A stretch of DNA of 64,000 bases from Desulfocapsa sp. (GCA_013792135.1 VMSP01000124.1:16480-80479); one strand, 5' to 3'; shown: positions 1-9,911, numbered from the stretch's first letter. Numbers and translations: made by a program. The notes: generated by a model not told the origin, from the sequence alone.

Positions 1-540
1 CAATTTGGGTGAGTCGGAAGAGTGGGGTGAATGGCAGACGCTGCAGCCGTCAGCAGCTACGGGTCCATGAACAAATTTGCCACCAGTGATTTTTTTATCG
101 TGGCATCTTAAGCACAGAGCAGGGCCTGCACCTTTGAGTTGGAACTTATTGGCGGATTGGTGTGGATCGTGGCAACCTGTGCATTTTCCCTCTTTAACCG
201 GTTTATGCACAACCGAACCGTTGTTTAATTTGTCATGGCACTCGTAACAAAGAGATTCAACACTTTTAATCGGTTGAAATATGTGCTGGTCCTTTTTATC
301 CTGCTTATGGCAGAAGGAACAGTCGCCTGTGGCCACAGGCCCGTGGACAAACTTGTCTTTTCCCATGCCAGTGTGGCATTCAGAGGTAGCGCATGACTGT
401 CCTGCCTTTATCGATACGTTGCTGGATTTATCCTTTGCAGCACATGCCTCCAGTGCAAAAAAACTTAAAATACAGATAAAAGGGCACACCTTTAGCCATG
501 TTGACAATAGGTGTTTCTTCTTTCCTTTGTTTGTGTTCAT
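1..540 (-). CDS. Multihaem c-type cytochrome, partial (N-terminal 180 aa; C-terminus lies beyond the left window edge)
   Basis: Absent from the ORF track because it has no stop inside the window. Minus-strand translation from the ATG at 540 (RBS GGAGAGAGGA about 5 nt upstream) reads MNTNKGKKKHLLSTWLKVCPFICILSFFALEACAAKDKSSN... and stays open for all 180 codons to nt 1. It is a clear paralogue of the 663..1097 product. Motifs: CSFCH, CYECH, CTGCH, CLRCH, CSVCH plus CATSECH (CX4CH). Confidence 0.75.
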   Translation of the reverse strand, partial: MNTNKGKKKHLLSTWLKVCPFICILSFFALEACAAKDKSSNVSIKAGQSCATSECHTGMGKDKFVHGPVATGDCSFCHKQDKKDQHIFQPIKSVESLCYECHDKLNNGSVVHKPVKEGKCTGCHDPHQSANKFQLKGAGPALCLRCHDKKITGGKFVHGPVAADGCSVCHSPHSSDSPKL

Positions 541-662
541 ACGTTTCCTCTCTCCTGTTTGTAGGGAAGTTACCTCTGTTATGCTCCTGTTAGAGGCATA
601 CATTGTCGTCTATATCTTACAAAATTAACAGATCATGCTACAATTCTTACTAACGATTAGCC

Positions 663-1097
663 TCAACCAAGCCCGCCAGTTTGAACCTCTTTGAGCTGGA
701 ACTGGTTGGCAGATTGGTGAGGATCGTGGCATTTTGTGCACTTGCCGTCTGTAACCGGCTTATGCACTCCTACGCTGGTATTTAATTTTTCATGACACTC
801 GTAACAGAGTGCTTCAACATTTTTGATCGGCTGAAATGTGTGCCGGTCTTTTTTGTCCTGCCTATGGCAAAAGGAACAGTCGCTTGTGGCCACAGGACCA
901 TGGACAAATTTGTCTTTTCCCATTGTAGGGTGGCATTCGGAGGTTACACATGACTGGCCGGTTTTTATCGTCACGTTGCTTGATTTATCCTTTGCCGCAT
1001 AAGCATCTAATGTAAAGCAACTTACAAGACAGATGAAAGGGAATAGCTTACGCCATGTTAACATTTTGTATTTTTTCTTTCCTTTGCCTTTGGTCAA
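663..1097 (-). CDS. Small periplasmic multihaem cytochrome c (3 CXXCH + 1 CX4CH)
   Basis: Signal peptide (LFPFICLVSCFTLDAYAA). Motifs: CVTSECH, CSFCH, CYECH, CTKCH. The TTG start at 1097 aligns with the ATG of the upstream paralogue; an alternative ATG lies at 1064. Confidence 0.85.
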   Translation of the reverse strand: MTKGKGKKKYKMLTWRKLFPFICLVSCFTLDAYAAKDKSSNVTIKTGQSCVTSECHPTMGKDKFVHGPVATSDCSFCHRQDKKDRHTFQPIKNVEALCYECHEKLNTSVGVHKPVTDGKCTKCHDPHQSANQFQLKEVQTGGLG

Positions 1098-1206
1098 CGC
1101 TCCCTCACTGTTTATAGTAGGTGTTTCCTCTGGAATACCCCTATTAGAGATACGTTGTATTATCTGTGTTTTACAAGATTACCGAGCATTCATGCTGCAG
1201 TTGTCA

Positions 1207-2961
1207 CTATCGATTACCACCACCACCAGTACCTGATGGAATATGATGAATGTGCCCGTGACATGTAAGCGAACAAGCAGGTGAAGTAGTAGTGGTTCCT
1301 GGAATAAATGTAGTAAAGTCGGTGACTTCGATTGAATTAAAGTTAATCAGGTTGGGGTAATTGGAGGAGCCGTGGGGGTCATGGCAGGTCGCACATGATA
1401 CTACATCATTATTAATGCCCCCTAATGCAAGATGACCACCATGACTAAAAATCTTAGCCTGACCTCCGTTCTCTAACAAATCCCCCCCCTCAATAATTGC
1501 CTGATCATGGCACTTGTAGCAGAGCTCATGATCGAAGGCATTATATGCAGTCCCCACGTCTTGGGTTTTATAATTTGCCACAAGCAGGTGTGGATAGATT
1601 GAACCGTGCGGCCCCTGTGCCCCGACTGTGGGATTATCAGATCCATGGCAGTCGGTGCAGTACATATTACTGTTTGGGATTCTGTAGATAGCTTTCAGAC
1701 TTGGTGTATAGGTGCTGCCTGTCTTCTGGATTACCGGATGAGAGGAACTGCTGATGTCGTTGTTGATGTAGTTGAATTCAAGCCGGGTGTCCAACTGATT
1801 GGAGTAGCGGACAATTTCAGGGACGTCTGTTACATTTTTGGTAGCAGCGGCATGGCACTTGAAACATATTTCGTAGAGATACTGGGCATTCTGGGTCATC
1901 ACTCCATCGGCAGTAATCCCCTGCACGCCAATATTCTTTCCGGAAACGTAGGGTGCTACCGCCGTGGTATTCTTCACCTGGTGGGGGTTGTGGCAGTCTT
2001 CGCACTCTACATGGTCACCCTTTACGACTCCAGCGGGCCCAAAATCCTCGGCGGCATCGTGCACATCGGCGTAATTGCCGACGGAATGACGATACGACTT
2101 GGTAAGTTCGCTTGCAATATCGCTTGTTATTGCGACATTACCACTATGGCAGACAAGACAGTTATCCTCTTCATTGCTTTGTTTCAGCAACCGTTGATGC
2201 ATGCCCGCGGTGTGGGGCCTATGGCAGTTACCACAACCGTTCTCTTTCACCGTGGTGTAAGTGCTATTTGGCCACGGGTCAGGGGCAGTGCCGTTCCATG
2301 TAAGATCAGAGGTGTCGTGGGTGCTTCCCTCCCAGTTGCTTTTGTTATGGCACTTGAGGCAGAGTGCCGAATATTGATTGGTCATCACCAGAAATTTCCC
2401 CAAGGCATCGTTATGAGGATCGTGACAGGCCGTGCACTGGAGTTGGCCGGTGCTATCAAGTTGAACTGATGATGTCAATGCCGAGGCATCAACAAGCTCA
2501 GTGTTTCCCGAAGTAATGCTGCTCTGATAGCTAAAGGAAACGGGATGGTCATCACTGAGGTCGGTTCCAAGCAAACTGCTCCGGCCAGCAAGAGTTAAGC
2601 TGAATGGTATCTCTGTCGGCCTGGAAAGGACTGCTCCCAGGGCGATGGTCCCGTCATGGCAGCTCAAGCAGAGTCTTGAGGCGCCGGTGGGCTGGCCAAC
2701 AGTGGCGGACAGAGTGGTACTTTTATAGGGGGTGTAGGTGACTGGATCCCTCCGATTCCACAGATAGGGGATATCCTGGCGGGCATGGTGGGGAGTATGG
2801 CAGAAGATACACACCTCGCTTTCTCCTGTCGCCCTTATTTCATTCCCCCCGCTTGCGGAAAGATTATGCTTGCTGTCAAGAATGCTTTTCCCGTGGGCGA
2901 CTGCTCCCTGGCCAAGCAGCATTGCGGTGATCAAGATTAAAGTGTTTACTCTTTTCTTCAT
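1207..2961 (-). CDS. Secreted multihaem cytochrome c, about 12 haems (11 CXXCH + 1 CX3CH)
   Basis: Signal peptide MKKRVNTLILITAMLLGQGAVAHG. Motifs: CIFCH, CLSCH, CTACH, CLKCH, CGNCH, CLVCH, CEDCH, CFKCH, CTDCH, CYKCH, CATCH, CSLTCH. Repeated C..CHDPH/NPH pattern typical of paired-CXXCH cytochromes. 4-nt overlap with the upstream NHL gene. Confidence 0.9.
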   Translation of the reverse strand: MKKRVNTLILITAMLLGQGAVAHGKSILDSKHNLSASGGNEIRATGESEVCIFCHTPHHARQDIPYLWNRRDPVTYTPYKSTTLSATVGQPTGASRLCLSCHDGTIALGAVLSRPTEIPFSLTLAGRSSLLGTDLSDDHPVSFSYQSSITSGNTELVDASALTSSVQLDSTGQLQCTACHDPHNDALGKFLVMTNQYSALCLKCHNKSNWEGSTHDTSDLTWNGTAPDPWPNSTYTTVKENGCGNCHRPHTAGMHQRLLKQSNEEDNCLVCHSGNVAITSDIASELTKSYRHSVGNYADVHDAAEDFGPAGVVKGDHVECEDCHNPHQVKNTTAVAPYVSGKNIGVQGITADGVMTQNAQYLYEICFKCHAAATKNVTDVPEIVRYSNQLDTRLEFNYINNDISSSSHPVIQKTGSTYTPSLKAIYRIPNSNMYCTDCHGSDNPTVGAQGPHGSIYPHLLVANYKTQDVGTAYNAFDHELCYKCHDQAIIEGGDLLENGGQAKIFSHGGHLALGGINNDVVSCATCHDPHGSSNYPNLINFNSIEVTDFTTFIPGTTTTSPACSLTCHGHIHHIPSGTGGGGNR

Positions 2962-4040
2962 GGCAGCGGCTTGCCCTCTTTGAGATACTGGAAGATTTGA
3001 ACCCGTTTGTTATAGGAATCAGCGACATAGATTTTGTCATTCTGGTCAATCCATAACCCGGCCGGCATCCAGAACTCACCGTAGTCCTGGCCTGATCTGC
3101 CAAAGTCCATAAGCAGTTGCCCTGTTTTGTCAAAGATCTGGATGTTGTCAAAGAGGGCATCAGCCACATAAATGTTGCCGTCACTGTCGCTGGCGATACC
3201 GCGGGGCCGGGAAAAATGACCGGGACTGTCACCGGAGCTGCCAAATGTCCTCTGGAACTGTCCTTGGGCGGAAAAAATTTGAATTCGGAAGTTAAGGGCA
3301 TCGGTAATAAGAAGGGTGCCATCGCCGGTAACAGCAATATTGGTGGGGTTATTGAATTGTCCGGTTTCCACTCCCTTGCTACCAAATGTTCCCTTCAATT
3401 GGTGGTTGTCGAGATCAAATCTGAAGACCTGAGCCAGTTTTGTATCGACCACGAGCAGTTCATTGTTTGTTTGATTGATAGCTATACCGGTTGGCCGTTG
3501 AAAGAGGCCCTCGCCAATGGTTATTGGCGAGATGTCATCGGCGCCGTTAAAGACCTTGATAATATTATCCTTGGAGTCTGTAACGTAAATTGGGCCGCTC
3601 TTATCAACAGCAATACCAATAGGAGAAGTCATGGGGAGGTCATCAGCAGGTAAAACGGAGAATTCCCCGGCTGTCGTATCAAAGAGCTGAACCCTGCGCA
3701 GATAGGTGTCCACGACATACATTCTGCCGGCTCTATCCACCGTCACTCCATAGGGTGCTACCAGGGTATCATCTTCCTTGCCGATAACAAAATTCCAGAA
3801 GCGCATCAAAGCCCCTGGGGTGATCTGGAAATCTTCCGGTTTGGAGATGCTGCTGATAAAACGGATTCTTGGTTTTTCTCCACCTGTGGGCCAAACCAGA
3901 TCGACCGGTGGCACCACTGGTTCGATATTCGGGGACATACAGCCATAAAGCCCGAGAACAACAACGAGCAACAAGGATATGCGGCTGGCCCTGTGAGGGA
4001 AATGGTTTTTGCTCATTATTTTAATCAATATCTTTATCAT
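2958..4040 (-). CDS. NHL-repeat six-bladed beta-propeller lipoprotein
   Basis: Lipobox-like LGLYGC. Six NHL-type blades, e.g. GVTVDRAGRMYVVDTYLRRVQLFD, PTNIAVTGDGTLLITDALNFRIQIFS, PRGIASDSDGNIYVADALFDNIQIFD, AGLWIDQNDKIYVADSYNKRVQIFQ. Confidence 0.9.
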   Translation of the reverse strand: MIKILIKIMSKNHFPHRASRISLLLVVVLGLYGCMSPNIEPVVPPVDLVWPTGGEKPRIRFISSISKPEDFQITPGALMRFWNFVIGKEDDTLVAPYGVTVDRAGRMYVVDTYLRRVQLFDTTAGEFSVLPADDLPMTSPIGIAVDKSGPIYVTDSKDNIIKVFNGADDISPITIGEGLFQRPTGIAINQTNNELLVVDTKLAQVFRFDLDNHQLKGTFGSKGVETGQFNNPTNIAVTGDGTLLITDALNFRIQIFSAQGQFQRTFGSSGDSPGHFSRPRGIASDSDGNIYVADALFDNIQIFDKTGQLLMDFGRSGQDYGEFWMPAGLWIDQNDKIYVADSYNKRVQIFQYLKEGKPLP

Positions 4041-4049
4041 AGGTCAAGC

Positions 4050-6128
4050 CTACCACATAAAGCGGATGATTTCAAAACGAGCCAGTTGTTCTGTTCGCTG
4101 ATTGTCGGTCAGACTGTAATTTTGGTCGGTGAATTCATAGCTGAGGCGCGCCGTCCAGATGCGGTAGCGGAACTCAAGGCCTGCCTTGATGCCGTTATTT
4201 TCGGTTGCCTCAAAATCTCCCTGGCTGTTGTCATAATAGCCCTCGACACGAAGTTTACACCATCTGCTTAACAACCAGTCAAAGGAACTGACTCCGCCGT
4301 AAAAATCCCTGGTCTCATCATGGTCTTTATAATCGGTTTGACCAAAATAACCTGTCAGAGAAAAGTAAAACTGTCCCTGAGGCCTGTAGTACAGCGTTTC
4401 CCGTATTTCTCGCCGGGTATAGGATGAGGTGGATTGGCGGTTGTTGTCCTCGTAGCTGAGCGAGGTGTTTGACCAACCGATATCATAGCGGATATTGGCA
4501 TTATGAACGGTGTCATCAACCAGGTTCTGCGGCGCCTGACCAGAGAGGATATCCTGGGTAACCCGCAGGAAATTGTAGGAAAAAAGCCAGTCATGCCAGA
4601 GGTCGAAATTGATTCCGTAGTTCTCCGTCAATAAGGCATCATCATATTCTGCATCTCGAAGGTAACGGTAGTTGACTGAAACGATTTGCCCATCTGATAT
4701 CGCACCAAAAGGCAGTCGGCTTATCCGTACATAATCGTTGATTTTTTCAACTGTGTAATCAATGTTTACAATATAAACGATGGTCCCGGCACTGTTGGTG
4801 ACAACAATGGAGTCAAGGTTGACGTTGTAATGATTCAGATAAATTTCTTCATTGAAGCCCAGACTATGGGTCTCATTGGTCACCAGGGCATCAGAAGAGG
4901 TGAATCCGCTCCGGTCAGTGTAGAGGTAGTCCCAGCCGGTATACAAGCCCAGCGTCGTCCAGGAAAGGGGACGTTTGTAGGAAAAATTAAGGAAGCCATC
5001 GTATGCGTTCTCGTTGCCGGTGGAGTAATTATTCTGATTTGCTCTGCTGCCGACATTGGTGGTCAGGTTTTCATAAAGCAGGTGCGTCAAACTGGCCTCA
5101 ATATCTGTCATGTCGGAATTAAAATCACCTGATTCCTGCCGGTTGTGGGTAACTGAGTAATTAGACTGTAAATTTGGGCGATGGCGCCAGTTCAGGTGTT
5201 CTCTGAAATTGATATTTTGCGTATCATACCAGGTTGAGTCCTGGTTCCTGTAAGTCATGGACGAGTTCAAATTGATATTGTTGTCTTCAGTGATCTTATA
5301 GTTGTTGAACAGACTACTACTAAGGGTTTTTATTTGAGTCTCAAAATCATCGCTGTTTCTCTGGTCATCACTGTAGGTGGAGGTCAGCCAGGTATTGCTT
5401 GTTTCGGTCTGATGCCGGGATGACAGATTAAATTCATCGTGGATGTCTTGGGAGATATAGAAACCGGTCTGGTCGGTCTTATTGTGGGAATATCCAAAAG
5501 TGGTGGGCAGAACTTTATATTTGAGTTGTCCAGTGGCGCCATAGGAGTCGGTAATAGTTTCGGTGTTACCTGAAAAGGCTGCCCATACAGGTTCCTGCAG
5601 ACGGTTGGCAAAGATGTTGAGTGTATAGGGCTTTGGCTCAAGAAAGGTCGCTGTCATGGAATAATCCGGTGTAAAGGCACTCGTCCGGGTTGTATCCCCT
5701 GGGCTCATTTCTTCTTTAGTCTGGGTCAATTCTGGTGCAATCATCAGCGTGTATTGCATAAGTGCAGGGTGGTAGACCCAACCTGCTGTTTTGATCTCTA
5801 TTTGCTCTTTAAATTTATGGCTGGTGTCCGTGTCTGTTATACCGTTTGATGTTTGGGATTCATTTTGAAATTCGTATATGAGTTTCCCGCCCATGGTAGG
5901 CCGTTTGATAAAATAATATTGGCTTTGCTGTCCGTCTTTCGTCTGACTCGTCTTCCATTTACCAAGGAGTGCTGCGACCGCAGATGTCTCCCGGGCAACA
6001 TCATCATCTGGCACTGATTGTTTTTCTTCAGCCTGAAGTTCTTCAGTACCGACAAAAAAAAGCGTCAATGATGCAAGGGCAAGCAGGCCTAACGGAAAAA
6101 AATTTAAGCAAGAGTCTGAAATTTTCAT
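4050..6128 (-). CDS. Large outer-membrane beta-barrel protein (candidate porin of a porin-cytochrome conduit)
   Basis: Signal peptide (FFPLGLLALASLTLFFVGTEELQA). 692 aa rich in N/S/T/Y/D with alternating hydrophobic pattern. C-terminus ...RFEIIRFMW has aromatic/hydrophobic residues at -1/-3/-5 (OMP signature). Flanked by lipoprotein cytochrome and NHL genes. No family-level match recognised by eye. Confidence 0.7.
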   Translation of the reverse strand: MKISDSCLNFFPLGLLALASLTLFFVGTEELQAEEKQSVPDDDVARETSAVAALLGKWKTSQTKDGQQSQYYFIKRPTMGGKLIYEFQNESQTSNGITDTDTSHKFKEQIEIKTAGWVYHPALMQYTLMIAPELTQTKEEMSPGDTTRTSAFTPDYSMTATFLEPKPYTLNIFANRLQEPVWAAFSGNTETITDSYGATGQLKYKVLPTTFGYSHNKTDQTGFYISQDIHDEFNLSSRHQTETSNTWLTSTYSDDQRNSDDFETQIKTLSSSLFNNYKITEDNNINLNSSMTYRNQDSTWYDTQNINFREHLNWRHRPNLQSNYSVTHNRQESGDFNSDMTDIEASLTHLLYENLTTNVGSRANQNNYSTGNENAYDGFLNFSYKRPLSWTTLGLYTGWDYLYTDRSGFTSSDALVTNETHSLGFNEEIYLNHYNVNLDSIVVTNSAGTIVYIVNIDYTVEKINDYVRISRLPFGAISDGQIVSVNYRYLRDAEYDDALLTENYGINFDLWHDWLFSYNFLRVTQDILSGQAPQNLVDDTVHNANIRYDIGWSNTSLSYEDNNRQSTSSYTRREIRETLYYRPQGQFYFSLTGYFGQTDYKDHDETRDFYGGVSSFDWLLSRWCKLRVEGYYDNSQGDFEATENNGIKAGLEFRYRIWTARLSYEFTDQNYSLTDNQRTEQLARFEIIRFMW

Positions 6129-6299
6129 AAAAAGGTGGTGAGACAGCGAGCTTTGTTAATGTTTTTAAGTCATTGGAGAAGATATCTTCCAGATAAGCCG
6201 TCGTTCAAAAGCATCTGCTCATTCAATGTTATTAACGCAAAGTGGCCGTAATGAAATGGCTTAAGAGTATGTGTTATTTTTTAAGGCCCCTAAACATCT

Positions 6300-7007
6300 T
6301 CACCTGTCAGGTACCTGGTCTCCAGGGACGAGTACCACAGGCATCTTGATTTCTTTGTACTCTTTTGTCAAAATGTTTTTGTCGATACCCATATGCGGGT
6401 TGTGACAGGAGAGACACTCTTCCCCTTTTTGATGAACGGATGTTGCCAGGAACTTCCCTTCCTTGTGACAGGGGAGGCAGATGATGGACGGCGCCTGACG
6501 CAGGGTGTTCGCGATATTACTCTGGTGCGGATCGTGGCATGACAGACAGTCTCCCTTTGCTACGGTGTTGTGCAGCCACAGATTGTCGGCCATGGCCCGT
6601 CTTGGGGTTTTATCTTTATGGCATTGGATGCAGAGCTCATTTTTTGGAAGGGTCAATTTTCCAGGCATGCCGCCGCCTGTTTTGAAAACATGAGGTGATG
6701 ATTTTTGAGCACCGGGAGTGCGGAATACACCTGTACTTTCATGACAGGGAGTGCATGTGCCTGCCACCCAAACCGGATGGGAAAACAGGGGCTTGGGGGC
6801 TGATGGAACTGGTTTTTTGGCAATATTGGCAGCAGGGGGAGGTGTCGCCGGCTCCTGGATCTCAGCAGCCGGCGCTGATTCCTCATTCAGGGGAGGAACA
6901 CCGGTAAAGAAGAAGTTGAGTGCCTGGTGCCTGGTTTGCGGCTCGCATCCGGTCAGGGAGGCTGTCAATAAGATTAGCATAACTATCTGAGCTGAACCCC
7001 TGACCAT
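6300..7007 (-). CDS. Pentahaem cytochrome c lipoprotein
   Basis: Lipobox LTASLTGC followed by a Pro/Ala-rich linker. Motifs: CTPCH, CIQCH, CLSCH, CLPCH, CLSCH. Confidence 0.9.
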   Translation of the reverse strand: MVRGSAQIVMLILLTASLTGCEPQTRHQALNFFFTGVPPLNEESAPAAEIQEPATPPPAANIAKKPVPSAPKPLFSHPVWVAGTCTPCHESTGVFRTPGAQKSSPHVFKTGGGMPGKLTLPKNELCIQCHKDKTPRRAMADNLWLHNTVAKGDCLSCHDPHQSNIANTLRQAPSIICLPCHKEGKFLATSVHQKGEECLSCHNPHMGIDKNILTKEYKEIKMPVVLVPGDQVPDR

Positions 7008-7054
7008 TTTATTGTCCTTTTTGCCAATTCATAATACAATCTTTCGCTGAAGGA

Positions 7055-8137
7055 CTATTTACCTGTCCAGTCACCAAAACCGTAGACATTGATTTTATTG
7101 GGCCCACTCAGATTGCAGACATAGATGAGATATTTCAGCTTGAAATACTTGTCGGCAAACTTATTGAAAAACTCAATGTTGTCATAATCGATATGGACCC
7201 CTGCCGGCAGGTACATATTGCCGGGACCGACTCCAGGGCCACCGAAAAATAAAAGCATCCTGGCTTTTTCGTCAAAAATCTGCGCATATTCAGAGGCAGC
7301 ATCGACACTATACAGATGTCCTTCCCGGTCAATATCCAGCCCCTTGGGCCGGGCCATACCACCGACATGGTCGCCGTGAAAGCCAAAAACTCTGACGAAC
7401 TTTCCCTCGGGATCGAATTGCTGGACCCTGAAATTAAAGGCGTCATTGACAAAGAGATTGCCTTGGTCGTCAACGGTGATATGGGTTGGTTTGTAGAGTT
7501 GTCCCTCTGCAGAGCCACCTTTACCAATATAGAGAAGTGGTTCTCCGGAATCTTTGTCGAGAACAACAATCTGATTTTTTTTTATGTCGCAGACAAAAAT
7601 GCGGTTTTCGTGCACGGCAACATCGACAGGTTTCTCAAACAATTCTTTGTTGCCATAGGCTCGGACAAAGTTATTTTTGGCATCAAAGACCACGATCTGT
7701 TGTCGATTCATGTCGGCCACATACTTGACATTGTCCCGGCTGACCCAGATGCCGGCAGGGGTACGGAGAGTGCCGAGGCCTTTGTCGTCCAGCTTTTTGA
7801 AACTCTTTGCGGCCAAGTCAAAAATGAGGATCTTGTTAATCTCTCTGTCGGTAATATAGATGTTCCCTGGTGATGAGCTCACATCATAGGGTCGTCCTAT
7901 GGTGGCGAAAGATACATTAGGTCCCAGGAGAAAGTTTTCCAGACCAGTTTGCTTGCTTCCCGTATCCTCTTCCGAGGAGAGGGTGGTGAGAAACTGCAGT
8001 CTGGGTTGTTCCGGCGGTTGAGGGTAGAAGACAGCTGGCGCTTTTTCTTCAACGTGTTGGGCGCAAGCACTGATAATGAAAAGACAGAGCAGAGTGTATA
8101 TCAGCTGCTTGATGATAAAGAGTTGAGTTTTCGGCAT
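7055..8137 (-). CDS. NHL-repeat six-bladed beta-propeller lipoprotein (paralogue 2)
   Basis: Lipobox-like LFIISAC. NHL blades, e.g. PTHITVDDQGNLFVNDAFNFRVQQFD, PKGLDIDREGHLYSVDAASEYAQIFD. Confidence 0.9.
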   Translation of the reverse strand: MPKTQLFIIKQLIYTLLCLFIISACAQHVEEKAPAVFYPQPPEQPRLQFLTTLSSEEDTGSKQTGLENFLLGPNVSFATIGRPYDVSSSPGNIYITDREINKILIFDLAAKSFKKLDDKGLGTLRTPAGIWVSRDNVKYVADMNRQQIVVFDAKNNFVRAYGNKELFEKPVDVAVHENRIFVCDIKKNQIVVLDKDSGEPLLYIGKGGSAEGQLYKPTHITVDDQGNLFVNDAFNFRVQQFDPEGKFVRVFGFHGDHVGGMARPKGLDIDREGHLYSVDAASEYAQIFDEKARMLLFFGGPGVGPGNMYLPAGVHIDYDNIEFFNKFADKYFKLKYLIYVCNLSGPNKINVYGFGDWTGK

Positions 8138-8300
8138 GGTAGTTTTTGATGGTTCCGCTAAAAAAATATGCTAAAAATATTTTACCTGCAAAGCGGCTAC
8201 AGTTTCAAAATTGAGCCCCGGCGAGGGGATGCCACTGTAACTGGACAGTTCCACCAATAAAGCAGTAAAATATTTTTGGTCGCATGTCATTAGTTTTTTT

Positions 8301-8348
8301 AAAAAAAGCCGCCCCATACATTGAAAATGTCTTAGGGTATGGGGCGGC
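8301..8348 (-). terminator. Rho-independent terminator downstream of the 8382..9026 cytochrome gene
   Basis: Perfect 12-bp GC-rich stem (gccgccccatac 8308-8319 / gtatggggcggc 8337-8348). On the minus strand it is followed by T7 (plus-strand A7 at 8301-8307). Confidence 0.75.
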
Positions 8349-8381
8349 GACAGCAGGCAGAGGGCGAATCAGGCCATGCTC

Positions 8382-9026
8382 TTATTTGGTGTGACAGTTA
8401 ATACAAAGGGCCGATCCGAAATTGGTGCCATTGAGCAGTCCCGCTCCCAGAGCAGTATTATGTTTGTTATGGACATCATGGCAGGTCGCGCACTCCATCA
8501 TGCCGGCAAACAATGGCAGTTTCTGTACTCCCACAGTTCCGTCAGCGGAGGGGGTCACAAGGCCGACGACTCCGCTACCGGTAAGGGTATCTCTAACGAC
8601 AAGCTCGTTATTATAGAGGAACGAAACAGGATGGTCGTTGCCCAAGTTGTTCGTGCCGTCTCCGAGATTGGCGGCCCCGCTGATATAAGTAGTGCCTGGA
8701 TGGTCGGTATAGGCGTCAAGCGCTACAGTACCGTCGTGACAGGAAAGACAGAACTTGGATAAAGAAGCGGGTTGACCCGGAATTGCAATATCAAAAGTTG
8801 GACTGTCGTACAGAGTATAGGACGCTGTAGTCGGATTATGATTCCACAGGAGGTCGCCTGTGAGGTTTTGATTGTTATGCGGGGCGTGACACGGCATGCA
8901 GATCTGACCATTAGCCCATGATGTTAGGTGGAAATCATGGGCTGACCCAGTGATGACTGCAGGAGCTGTCGAGCAGATACCTAGACCACCAATAAGTGTT
9001 AATGATGCAACCAGTAGTTTTTTCAT
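8382..9026 (-). CDS. Tetrahaem cytochrome c (paralogue of the N-terminal part of the 1207..2961 product)
   Basis: The likely start is the internal ATG giving the signal peptide MKKLLVASLTLIGGLGICSTAPA; the ORF extends to 9086. Motifs: CMPCH, CLSCH, CATCH, CINCH. It shares FCLSCHDGTVALDA / NDHPVSFLY with the 584-aa cytochrome (LCLSCHDGTIALGA / DDHPVSFSY). Confidence 0.85.
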   Translation of the reverse strand: MKKLLVASLTLIGGLGICSTAPAVITGSAHDFHLTSWANGQICMPCHAPHNNQNLTGDLLWNHNPTTASYTLYDSPTFDIAIPGQPASLSKFCLSCHDGTVALDAYTDHPGTTYISGAANLGDGTNNLGNDHPVSFLYNNELVVRDTLTGSGVVGLVTPSADGTVGVQKLPLFAGMMECATCHDVHNKHNTALGAGLLNGTNFGSALCINCHTK

Positions 9027-9736
9027 TTCTCTTCCCCTTTCCCTGAATATTTTAAAATACTTCCATTGGCTGGACGTAAGGATCACCTCCGCAGTTCTTC
9101 AGCAAAGTCGAACAGAGGAGATAAAAATTTATTTTTTAATGCGTCCCTGAATATCCATTCTCCATGTACCTTTGTCACGCAACCCAGCCATGCGCCTTGC
9201 CAGCAACTAACCCTCTAAAATCACAACGACAACACAACAGTTTTCGCAGGCAAATGAAAAAAATCACAGACAAAACCTTAAACGGACCTTACTCTCTCCC
9301 TGCATTTCTTTTATTTAATAGTACTGTAGCCCTCATGAACAAAAAAGAGGGTTTTCCCTATTTCTGAGATGCTAAAAACCTCTGTTTTTTTTGTCAGGAT
9401 GCAGAATCCGTCCTGACTGTGTACAGAGACGTTTGTGAGGCGGTTAAGAAAATCGTTAGTCACGTCTCGTCTAATTATAGTGCTGGATTTCGAATCTTCT
9501 CTACATATCCAGAAACCATTATAATCTATATTACTGCTGTCTCATAAAAGATCAATCATAAATGGCCTAGATGAACCTGTTTGACCGTCGCCCGTTCAAC
9601 GAACGATTTAAATCTCCATGCAATCAACATGTGTTTTCTCCAAAGAAATTGATCTGGAAAAATTTATAAGTCAGCAGTGATCCCATTACCAGACTTGATA
9701 GCTTCACCTGACAGCCAAAGTGACATAGCGCTGGAC

Positions 9737-9776
9737 AAAAAAAGCCGAACTGCCTCTTTGATATGGCAGCCCGGCT
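9737..9776 (-). terminator. Candidate rho-independent terminator of the upstream cytochrome operon
   Basis: Minus strand reads agccgggctgcc-atatcaaaga-ggcagttcggct followed by T7-8 (plus-strand A-run 9737-9743). Confidence 0.55.
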
Positions 9777-9911
9777 AATTCACTTCTGAATCCCGAGGCA
9801 TTCCGTCCCTGCTTCACAACAGGTTTGGCTTTATTTCATATTGGTGAATGGAAAAATCTTGTCACATTCTTACTACACATTATGATATCTTTTTAATATA
9901 TAAAGTTTTCT

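Noticed and set aside
281-628. 115-aa plus-strand ORF at the left end
   Set aside because: It lies antisense to a clearly homologous multihaem cytochrome gene (1..540, minus). It has no motifs and is a shadow ORF.
1606-2469. 287-aa plus-strand ORF
   Set aside because: It is antisense to the 12-haem cytochrome gene, which has a signal peptide and 12 haem motifs. This is a typical shadow ORF. The same reasoning applies to 10306..11190, 13344..14189, 23912..24775 and 56857..57642.
4050-6128. Calling the 692-aa barrel an MtrB/PioB or OmbB orthologue
   Set aside because: Only its size and gene context are similar. I see no diagnostic motifs (e.g. an N-terminal CXXC) and cannot run a search, so it is reported only as a candidate conduit barrel.
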